This document shows, one piece after another, positions 17,088 to 23,559 of a stretch of 49,638 bases of DNA. Each line of letters starts with the position of its first letter. Positions within the stretch are counted from its first letter, which is position 1. The notes below the pieces were generated by a model that made no database searches, was not told the DNA's origin, and was given only the letters and a program-made list of their open reading frames with translations. Made by a program: the position numbers and the translations under genes. Source of the DNA: a virus (Duplodnaviria; Heunggongvirae; Uroviricota; Caudoviricetes); IMG/VR virus record IMGVR_UViG_3300016476_000987, one strand, 5' to 3'.

Positions 17088-17324
17088 TTACAATAAGCGA
17101 CAGCCTCCGTCCTTTCTAATTAGTAAGCGGAACTTAGTTCCTGGGTCTTCCCATACCCCTTTGTTTTCTTTACAGAGTTTGCCCTTGGGAAGAGCATACT
17201 TTGCCTTGGGGAAATAGTAGAGGAAAGATAGTCGGAGACCTTCTCCTTCTAATCTTCTCTGCTCTACAATCTTTTCAAAGGCCAGTACCTGCTCAGGCAC
17301 TCTGATGATCCCTTTGTCTTTCAT
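17088..17324 (-). CDS. hypothetical protein
   Basis: ORF track. Confidence 0.65.
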   Translation of the reverse strand: MKDKGIIRVPEQVLAFEKIVEQRRLEGEGLRLSFLYYFPKAKYALPKGKLCKENKGVWEDPGTKFRLLIRKDGGCRLL

Positions 17325-17345
17325 GACCGATGGATTTGATGGTGA

Positions 17346-17528
17346 TTAATACTTAGCGACTTCCTTGTAGCGTGAGCCACATTTTATCTGTTCGCCCCAC
17401 TCATTGTAACTGTATGGCTTGTCCGGCATAACAGTCCTTACAGTAGGCTTGAAGGGAATAGGCTTTGCTTTCTTTCCTTTCACTAGGCGCACGGCCCTGA
17501 GCATAATAGATAGCGCTGTTCTTTTCAT
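17346..17528 (-). CDS. hypothetical basic protein
   Basis: ORF track; leader AAAAACAAACAGTT-ATG. Confidence 0.7.
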   Translation of the reverse strand: MKRTALSIMLRAVRLVKGKKAKPIPFKPTVRTVMPDKPYSYNEWGEQIKCGSRYKEVAKY

Positions 17529-17577
17529 AACTGTTTGTTTTTAATTAAAGGCAGTCCTTGGTAATACGTTTATTTAA

Positions 17578-17838
17578 TTAATCAAATTTAATTTGCTGTT
17601 TATAAACTTCAAATCCATTAATAGTTATATGGTCATATAGACAATCCCCTGTTTCAGAAGTTATCCAAATATTACCAATAGATAAACCTCTTTCATTTCC
17701 ATAGTTGAAAAATCCACCATAGTTATGTCGGTGGTTCCATAAAAATGAACCCTTTAACTCTATTTCGTGAACATCTTCTTGAATTTTTACTTCTTCAAAA
17801 TTGTTTAACAAGATTTCATTAATTGTTGTCATATTCAT
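17578..17838 (-). CDS. hypothetical protein
   Basis: ORF track. Confidence 0.7.
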   Translation of the reverse strand: MNMTTINEILLNNFEEVKIQEDVHEIELKGSFLWNHRHNYGGFFNYGNERGLSIGNIWITSETGDCLYDHITINGFEVYKQQIKFD

Positions 17839-17865
17839 TTATTTTATTATGTAAAGGTAATACTT

Positions 17866-18054
17866 TTAGTTTTCGATTTTATTAATCCGATAATAATTCA
17901 TATCAGATTTTTTCTGCCATTCTTCAGCAGTTTTTTTGTTCAATGTTCTTCCATGAAGTCTGTCAGGCTTTCTATGACCTTGCAGAAACCCCATAAATGT
18001 TGGCTGATTGAACTCTTTTTCATACAACTCATAAATTGTCACTGTCTTTGGCAT
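17866..18054 (-). CDS. hypothetical protein
   Basis: ORF track. Confidence 0.65.
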   Translation of the reverse strand: MPKTVTIYELYEKEFNQPTFMGFLQGHRKPDRLHGRTLNKKTAEEWQKKSDMNYYRINKIEN

Positions 18055-18072
18055 TTTATTTACTATTAATGG

Positions 18073-18519
18073 TTAAAGAATTCCTTCATCAGAAAATGAC
18101 AGATACGAACGATCCGTCAATATTAAATGATCAAGTAACTTAATATTAAGATATGACAATCCGTTTTTTATACTAGAGGTTACAGTCTTATCTGAATCAC
18201 TAGGAGATGTATTCCCTGATGGATGATTGTGAGCAATAATGACACCCGATGCCAAAGAGTTTACGGCATAACTAGCCACAAGCCTAGCATCTATATGCAC
18301 TCCGTCTATACTCCCCTGTCCAATCTTTGCGTATCCTATAGTATTGTTCGCCCTGTTAAGCAGTAGAAGAAAAGAAGATTCATATATGTCCATGTCATCC
18401 TCATAGAATCTACGAATGAAGTCTGCTGCTTCTTGGGAGGATTTGATTTGAACTTTAGGAAAGTCTGTCTTGATCTTCCTGAGTTTAAACTCCGGGGTGC
18501 AACCTTTGTACTGCTTCAT
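18073..18519 (-). CDS. radC: RadC-like JAB/MPN domain protein
   Basis: E.F.LLLLNRAN..IG...I..G......D.R...A....A..VI.AHNHPSG...PS.SD..VT......L.....LLDHLI. Confidence 0.92.
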   Translation of the reverse strand: MKQYKGCTPEFKLRKIKTDFPKVQIKSSQEAADFIRRFYEDDMDIYESSFLLLLNRANNTIGYAKIGQGSIDGVHIDARLVASYAVNSLASGVIIAHNHPSGNTSPSDSDKTVTSSIKNGLSYLNIKLLDHLILTDRSYLSFSDEGIL

Positions 18520-18755
18520 TTTGTCTCAACTTTTATGGTGAATAGTTTATCAGACAATCCCTTTTCATCAATAATATTTCTGATTTGCTTCGCAATTTCT
18601 TTATGATTATTTGTACTAAAAACTTCTACGCAGTACTTTGCTTTTCCGTAATTTTTTCCATCATATATAGGCCTCCAGTAGGAAGAGATATTATTAGTTA
18701 TCGGTCTAACTTTATTGTCCTTAACTGATACATAGAAAGTTTCTGTGTGTGGCAT
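18516..18755 (-). CDS. hypothetical protein
   Basis: ORF track; ATGA-type overlap. Confidence 0.7.
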   Translation of the reverse strand: MPHTETFYVSVKDNKVRPITNNISSYWRPIYDGKNYGKAKYCVEVFSTNNHKEIAKQIRNIIDEKGLSDKLFTIKVETK

Positions 18756-18779
18756 ATGGTATTTTTTTATAGACAGTAA

Positions 18780-18944
18780 TTATCCCTGAAACCTAATCCT
18801 CCCGAAACTATCAACGAGTTTCCACCTCATGTCATTTTCCCTGCACCAGTCTATGTATGCATGGTACTCCGGATCTAAGGTGCTGTTGAATGTACCGCAA
18901 TACTTTTCTTTTCCGTTTGATAGGATCTTGTAAAACTTGTACAT
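18780..18944 (-). CDS. hypothetical protein, 54 aa (not in ORF track)
   Basis: Own translation MYKFYKILSNGKEKYCGTFNSTLDPEYHAYIDWCREND...; leader AAAACAAACAGTT-ATG. Confidence 0.7.
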   Translation of the reverse strand: MYKFYKILSNGKEKYCGTFNSTLDPEYHAYIDWCRENDMRWKLVDSFGRIRFQG

Positions 18945-18964
18945 AACTGTTTGTTTTAGATGAG

Positions 18965-19034
18965 TAGTCAGGACGGGAATCGAACCCGTATCTCCCAGTT
19001 ACAAGCCGAGGCTCTACCATTGAGCTACCTGACT
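18965..19034 (-). tRNA. tRNA-Thr(UGU), apparently lacking nucleotide 26; no encoded CCA
   Basis: AGTCAGG/CCTGACT acceptor; GCTC/GAGC D-stem; CTCGG/CTGGG stem with CT-TGT-AA loop; ACGGG-TTCGATT-CCCGT T-arm. Confidence 0.8.
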
Positions 19035-19040
19035 AACCGG

Positions 19041-19211
19041 TTATCTTCCTTTGTATGCGTGGAACATCAATGCACTGAATGATAGCAGGAGCATTGAGTA
19101 CATGATCAGGACTGCGCCTGACAGATCATTCATACCTAGGTAGCCAACCATACTAATAGTGTACAGACCACCAATCAGAAACAGGATGCTAAGAATCAGA
19201 TTCTTTTTCAT
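19041..19211 (-). CDS. small 2-TM membrane protein, 56 aa (not in ORF track)
   Basis: Own translation MKKNLILSILFLIGGLYTISMVGYLGMNDLSGAVLIMYSMLLLSFSALMFHAYKGR. Confidence 0.7.
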   Translation of the reverse strand: MKKNLILSILFLIGGLYTISMVGYLGMNDLSGAVLIMYSMLLLSFSALMFHAYKGR

Positions 19212-19296
19212 AAAGATATAAATTTATCCGCACTAAATTATGGATAGGATCGTCCATGTTGTGCGGGTTAACATGTAGATCCAATAGTTTTGTAAT

Positions 19297-19325
19297 AAAA
19301 ACCCCCGCTGTAGACACAGCAGGGG
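19297..19325 (-). terminator. intrinsic terminator
   Basis: CCCCTGC-TGT-GTCT-ACA-GCGGGGG-TTTTT. Confidence 0.8.
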
Positions 19326-19337
19326 ATCCTTAAACCA

Positions 19338-19592
19338 TCAATCAGCACTATCGTATTCCTCCATAGAGGAGAGCATAAAATCAATCTCTATCCCTCTCAT
19401 TATGGATTCAAATACCTTCGAAAGGTTATTACCATAGAGGGTAAACAGAAGATTATCTTCTTTTTTCTCACCTCCAAACACCTTGAGAGTATTGTATTCA
19501 GGATGAGATACCTCTTCCTCGGTCATAATAGTTACTTCCTCACCACACTGTAGGTAGTAATCTTTCAACAGTTCTGCTGGAGTCTTTTCCAT
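19338..19592 (-). CDS. hypothetical acidic protein
   Basis: ORF track. Confidence 0.7.
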   Translation of the reverse strand: MEKTPAELLKDYYLQCGEEVTIMTEEEVSHPEYNTLKVFGGEKKEDNLLFTLYGNNLSKVFESIMRGIEIDFMLSSMEEYDSAD

Positions 19593-19593
19593 G

Positions 19594-19845
19594 TTATTTG
19601 TTTTGCATTTTTAATTTAAGCAATTGAAACTTCAGGTTGACAGTCATATCATATCCCGACAGGTCCTTGTCCAAACTTCCATTAGGTAGGATGGTAGCCA
19701 CAGCACCGAGATCATCTTTCACTTTCATTCCCGGCTTCCTTTCTCCTTTGGCTACTTCAACCTGTAGGGTTCTTATTTCGTACTCGTTGAGTACATACCT
19801 GCCTACTCGGAACTTGGGCGCTTTGATTTTTGTTAGGTTTTCCAT
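19594..19845 (-). CDS. hypothetical protein, paralog of 20235-20492
   Basis: IK.P.F.VG.Y.LN.YE.R.L..EV.KGER.PG.K..D..G.VATIL..G.LD.DL. Confidence 0.8.
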   Translation of the reverse strand: MENLTKIKAPKFRVGRYVLNEYEIRTLQVEVAKGERKPGMKVKDDLGAVATILPNGSLDKDLSGYDMTVNLKFQLLKLKMQNK

Positions 19846-19846
19846 C

Positions 19847-20218
19847 TTAATCTCTTAATTTTTTCATTTCGTTATAGACTTGTTCTACGGTCTCGAATGA
19901 GATGGTTTGACAGCCTACCTCAATCTCATACCCATTATCAATAATAGTGGAGTATTTTCCTACATTAACAGTTTCGTAATTAGTAAAGAACTGGTCTATG
20001 AATTCTTCTACAGAGTACTTCTTGTCTTTTTCGGCTCTACTCTGAGTTATATTTTCACCACCCCAAAATAAGATCGGATACGAAGGATCATACTCTGTTG
20101 TGCCTTCATATACAGGAATCTCTTCTTTTCGAAGAAAGTCGATGACCATTTTCTGGATTAATGGATTGTTGCTGTCCAGTTGAAACTCTTCCTTAGGAAA
20201 TTGCTTTTTCTTTTTCAT
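19847..20218 (-). CDS. hypothetical protein
   Basis: ORF track; VGCQTISFE motif near the C-terminus. Confidence 0.75.
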   Translation of the reverse strand: MKKKKQFPKEEFQLDSNNPLIQKMVIDFLRKEEIPVYEGTTEYDPSYPILFWGGENITQSRAEKDKKYSVEEFIDQFFTNYETVNVGKYSTIIDNGYEIEVGCQTISFETVEQVYNEMKKLRD

Positions 20219-20234
20219 TTTGTTTGGGGTTTTG

Positions 20235-20492
20235 TTAGATTTTGTTATATAGCATTCTTAATTTGAATATCTCAATGTGTTGCTCTCCCTCTAAACCGAA
20301 TCTAGGAAGATCGGTATCTAGGAATCCGTCAGACAAGATGGTGGCAACATTTCCCATCTCGTCTGTTATCTTTATTCCGGGTTCCCTCTCTCCTTTGATT
20401 ACCTCCATGATAAGATTTCTAACCTCGTATATATTGAGGTTGTACTTGCCTACCTTAAACATGGGGACTTTGATCCTTTTTATATTATCCAT
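20235..20492 (-). CDS. hypothetical protein, paralog of 19594-19845
   Basis: Alignment by eye. Confidence 0.8.
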   Translation of the reverse strand: MDNIKRIKVPMFKVGKYNLNIYEVRNLIMEVIKGEREPGIKITDEMGNVATILSDGFLDTDLPRFGLEGEQHIEIFKLRMLYNKI

Positions 20493-20497
20493 GTGTT

Positions 20498-20695
20498 TTA
20501 TTTTTGTGAAAGAATTCCTACAATTAATACTATTAAAAACAAGGCTGCGGAGGCTCTGATTATTATTTCAAGCCATCCCATGGGATATCCTGCCGGTAAT
20601 ACCAGAGACAGGAAGATACATTCTGCAAACCACAGCCCTGCTATGATATACAGTAGGATCTTAATAAACTTTTTCATCTGCTTTGATTTAATCAT
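20498..20695 (-). CDS. small 2-TM membrane protein
   Basis: Two long hydrophobic segments. Confidence 0.7.
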   Translation of the reverse strand: MIKSKQMKKFIKILLYIIAGLWFAECIFLSLVLPAGYPMGWLEIIIRASAALFLIVLIVGILSQK

Positions 20696-21005
20696 TTTTT
20701 ATTTCTGTATAAACTGTTGGATGATTCTCTTTCAAGTACTCATACTTGATATCTCTGAAGTAATCGTAAGTTTTTTCAGAATGGTACTGTGCGTAATCTC
20801 CCTGCTCTTCAGTACAAGGAACCTCAAAACGGATCTCACACTTTTGAGAACTTTGAAAGACTAAATTCTTTCCGCCTTGTGCTACTCCTCTATACTGAAA
20901 CCACATGGGACTCTCACGAACCCCAAATCCTATTAGTTTGTACATAATAGTGTGTGTCTCCAAAGCATTAAGAAAATGCTCTTTAAGGTCTTGTAAAATT
21001 TCCAT
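20688..21005 (-). CDS. hypothetical protein
   Basis: ORF track. Confidence 0.7.
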   Translation of the reverse strand: MEILQDLKEHFLNALETHTIMYKLIGFGVRESPMWFQYRGVAQGGKNLVFQSSQKCEIRFEVPCTEEQGDYAQYHSEKTYDYFRDIKYEYLKENHPTVYTEIKND

Positions 21006-21032
21006 GGCAATTATTATTGATGGTTAAGAAAA

Positions 21033-21344
21033 TTACTTATTTGGATACACTATCCTGTAACTGTTATGTGCAAGGGACAGGTCTACCAAAAACCTTACCT
21101 CTGAAGATATTGAGATAGCGCTATCCCAATAAGTCATATAGAGTTTCTTTTCTGGGTCATGTCTCCCCTCAAATTCTATCGTAATCTTATTGTCCATCTC
21201 CCCTTTTTTGAAATGCCTCTCTACTAAACGTCTAATGTAGTCGTAGGCTTCAGGAACGTCTTCTATCCTGATTTGGGTCATGGCTGTCGCCGTCTCATAC
21301 GTGTACATACAACGTACTTTGTACCCACTGAATACAATGTGCAT
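21033..21344 (-). CDS. hypothetical protein
   Basis: ORF track. Confidence 0.7.
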   Translation of the reverse strand: MHIVFSGYKVRCMYTYETATAMTQIRIEDVPEAYDYIRRLVERHFKKGEMDNKITIEFEGRHDPEKKLYMTYWDSAISISSEVRFLVDLSLAHNSYRIVYPNK

Positions 21345-21372
21345 ACCGCTTTATTTTGAAGGTTAACAATAG

Positions 21373-21443
21373 CGATCAGAGTGGGAATCGAACCCACACT
21401 TTCTCCCATATAGAGAGACGGCCTACCATTAGCCGATCTGATC
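21373..21443 (-). tRNA. tRNA or tRNA-like gene with atypical anticodon loop (CU-AUA-UG), identity undetermined
   Basis: GATCAGA/TCTGATC acceptor; GGCT-AATGGTA-GGCC; TCTCT-CTATATG-GGAGA; GTGGG-TTCGATT-CCCAC; G73. Confidence 0.7.
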
Positions 21444-21451
21444 TCCGGGTA

Positions 21452-21673
21452 CTACCAAATCGAGAGGATAGTAGCATCCGGAATGTAGTGCTGGGCATCA
21501 GCAACAAACATGATCTCCGAAGCGAAGGAGATCTTGTACCCTGCCTCCGGAGTGTGCTCATACCTTACCTTAATCTCCTCCTCCGGATCGAGGAACTCAA
21601 GGATGGTGATGATGCCCTCCTCTTTCTTGAGGAGGATCTCCTTTACAAAGGCGTACTCGTTGAACGTAGCCAT
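21452..21673 (-). CDS. hypothetical protein
   Basis: ORF track; leader TTAACCTTCAATAAAACC. Confidence 0.7.
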   Translation of the reverse strand: MATFNEYAFVKEILLKKEEGIITILEFLDPEEEIKVRYEHTPEAGYKISFASEIMFVADAQHYIPDATILSIW

Positions 21674-21702
21674 GTACTTTGGTTTTATTGAAGGTTAAGA
21701 AA

Positions 21703-21888
21703 TTAATCTTCGTTGGCACATTCCTCACAGACCTGTTTTATCACAGATTTGTTTGAGGAATAGATATTAATCCTTGGGTCCCCAAAGCTGTCATCGACCC
21801 TACGTCCGCACTTATCACAAGAGCAGACCATTTTCTTTTTAGGCTCAGGGATCTCGATTTTCCCGATAACCTTGATAGGCTGTGCCAT
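21703..21888 (-). CDS. small Zn-finger protein
   Basis: CSCDKC...CEEC. Confidence 0.7.
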   Translation of the reverse strand: MAQPIKVIGKIEIPEPKKKMVCSCDKCGRRVDDSFGDPRINIYSSNKSVIKQVCEECANED

Positions 21889-21930
21889 AGTTTTAATCCT
21901 TGTTATGGTGGATGATAGAATACAATAGAA

Positions 21931-21958
21931 AAAGATCCCTATGATGTTCAGGATCTTT
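21931..21958 (-). terminator. terminator-like hairpin
   Basis: AAAGATCC...GGATCTTT then TTCT. Confidence 0.5.
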
Positions 21959-22048
21959 GATGAGAGGGTGTACCTGTATGGTACAATTCACTGGTCGCAG
22001 AGAGTGCAACCGGGATTTTTATCCCCTCTCTAAGGGGCAGGAGTCCTA

Positions 22049-22540
22049 TTACTTATAGTACTGGGGGAACTCCTTTGAAGGAGTCAGTTCTACGCTGGCT
22101 GGAACTTCGTTCCAGAACCAGAATTCTGATGACTGGTTCGGGTACTCCCACACGGAGTTGTACCCGATGTTGATGATGGAGTCGTAATAACGACCCCGGT
22201 TTTCATACAGCCTATGCCGTATGTTATAAAGATACCGGCGGCGCACCAGCCCCCACAATAATCCCCTCCTCTGCAAGGGAGTAAGTTTGGGGACTACATA
22301 ATCCAAAATCTCCTGTATCAACAGGATTTCCTTTCTCACTTCGGCATGTCTTTCTGCCTTTTCAGAAGGCAAATGGTTCCTTGACCACTCTCTGTAGTCC
22401 TCCACATACTTCTCGTATGCGAAGTCTACGATTTCCTCTACTGTCGGGATAGAAGCAGCGAATACATCGCTCTTCCTTCCTGTGAATTCAAAGTTTACCC
22501 AAGAAGGGATTACGCTGGTAGAGGCCATTACATTTTTCAT
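22049..22540 (-). CDS. hypothetical protein
   Basis: ORF track, 163 aa. Confidence 0.7.
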   Translation of the reverse strand: MKNVMASTSVIPSWVNFEFTGRKSDVFAASIPTVEEIVDFAYEKYVEDYREWSRNHLPSEKAERHAEVRKEILLIQEILDYVVPKLTPLQRRGLLWGLVRRRYLYNIRHRLYENRGRYYDSIINIGYNSVWEYPNQSSEFWFWNEVPASVELTPSKEFPQYYK

Positions 22541-22647
22541 AACAAGTGATTGATAGTTTTACGTCCGTGTGAGTTTAATAATTAGACAACTTCGAGGCAC
22601 ACAGACTTAACCTCGTAGTCATCCTGTTAATCCTTGTTATGGTGGAG

Positions 22648-22711
22648 TGATCATTGTAGGCATCGAACCTACCAAGAGAGATAAACTCCCTTGTTCCACA
22701 ATTAATGATCA
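22648..22711 (-). ncRNA. tRNA-like element (8-bp acceptor plus T-arm; reduced D and anticodon arms)
   Basis: TGATCATT/AATGATCA; GTAGG-TTCGATG-CCTAC; CAAGGGAG-TTTAT-CTCTCTTG hairpin. Confidence 0.6.
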
Positions 22712-22717
22712 TTATAG

Positions 22718-22756
22718 AAAAAAGCCCCCGAGATATTAATAATAATCCCAGGGGCT
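22718..22756 (-). terminator. intrinsic terminator
   Basis: AGCCCCTGGGAT...ATCTCGGGGGCT-TTTTT. Confidence 0.75.
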
Positions 22757-22765
22757 ATAGAGATA

Positions 22766-23185
22766 TTAAGGCCAGTAGGAGGTTACTTCCTTTTCAGGAA
22801 ACAAAGCCTGTAACTTTTGCTTCAGGCTCTCTACTGCTTCCGCTGCCCCATTAGGGTAACGGACGATCAGATTTATCTCCGAAGAGGTAAAGATTACATC
22901 CATTGAGGCAGGAAAACTATCCGTGAACACTACAATGTTGTAGCATTGTCCGCTCAGACGGCGGGTTACTATTTCCTGCGCAAACTCCTCTCTACAGAGT
23001 TCCTCCGCCTGAATAAGACGGGGATCTGCTTCTTTCATGGAGCGAATCGTTTTTACCATGGCTGAAAATGCTTCTGAAAAAGTTCTCATAACAAAAGGTT
23101 TTTGATGGTTTTTACCTGTGAAATAATTAGTTAAGACAACTCGGAGGCACACAGGCAATACCTCTTTGCTGCCATTAAGAAACAA
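22766..23185 (-). CDS. hypothetical protein (start uncertain, possibly MRTFSEA)
   Basis: ORF track; the N-terminal part overlaps the repeated leader block. Confidence 0.6.
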   Translation of the reverse strand: MFLNGSKEVLPVCLRVVLTNYFTGKNHQKPFVMRTFSEAFSAMVKTIRSMKEADPRLIQAEELCREEFAQEIVTRRLSGQCYNIVVFTDSFPASMDVIFTSSEINLIVRYPNGAAEAVESLKQKLQALFPEKEVTSYWP

Positions 23186-23250
23186 ATATCCTTAATCCTT
23201 GTTATGGTGGAGAAAATACTGACTAACGTGCTACCCATTATAGATAGCAT

Positions 23251-23280
23251 AAAAAACCCCCACTGTATAGACAATGAGGG
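23251..23280 (-). terminator. intrinsic terminator
   Basis: CCCTCAT-TGT-CTAT-ACA-GTGGGGG-TTTTT. Confidence 0.75.
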
Positions 23281-23293
23281 AAGAAGATATAAA

Positions 23294-23309
23294 TGTTCCA
23301 CGTGAAACA
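23294..23309. promoter_or_regulatory. parS: parS centromere-like site 1 (TGTTCCACGTGAAACA)
   Basis: Exact match to the chromosomal parS consensus TGTTNCACGTGAAACA. Confidence 0.85.
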
Positions 23310-23451
23310 TATAACGTGTGGAAGTATTATTGCAAGGTGAGTCATTAGAGGTAGGGAGGTACCTGCTAAAAACCACCATACAACATTATTTTCACGACAC
23401 AAAACTTATTTTTTCACACCCAATCGCTTGAATGTGAATAAGTTATGCGAA

Positions 23452-23467
23452 CGTTCCACGTGGAACA
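23452..23467. promoter_or_regulatory. parS: parS site 2 (CGTTCCACGTGGAACA)
   Basis: 16-bp parS palindrome variant. Confidence 0.8.
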
Positions 23468-23477
23468 TTTTATCAAG

Positions 23478-23541
23478 GAGACGCTCCCGGAATCGAACCG
23501 GGACGGATTTTACTCCGTGGGAGACCCGCTCCCAACGCCTC
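23478..23541 (-). ncRNA. tRNA-like perfect four-helix junction
   Basis: GAGGCGTT/AGCGTCTC; GGGAG-CGGGT-CTCCC; ACGGA-GTAAAA-TCCGT; CCCGG-TTCGATT-CCGGG, with no linker nucleotides. Confidence 0.65.
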
Positions 23542-23559
23542 TTAGTCGTATAGAGATTT

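Larger units (their letters stand above)
21894..23211 (-). repeat. three copies of the 20-nt leader TCCACCATAACAAGGATTAA (minus) near 21894, 22627 and 23192
   Basis: TTAATCCTTGTTATGGTGGA read three times on the plus strand, each intergenic. Confidence 0.85.

Noticed and set aside
18832-19020. Track ORF MVEPRLVTGRYGFDSRPDYS...
   Set aside because: It reads through the tRNA-Thr gene. The real small gene is 18780-18944 in another frame.
19059-19066. parS half-site GTGGAACA
   Set aside because: Only half the palindrome, and it lies inside a CDS.
21356-21691. Track ORFs 21356-21691 (+) and 21376-21561 (-)
   Set aside because: They overlap the cloverleaf at 21373-21443 and the better gene at 21452-21673.
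21894-23211. Possible CRISPR or mini-array from the 20-nt repeat
   Set aside because: Spacers are ~550-730 nt and contain genes; no cas genes; the repeat is not palindromic.
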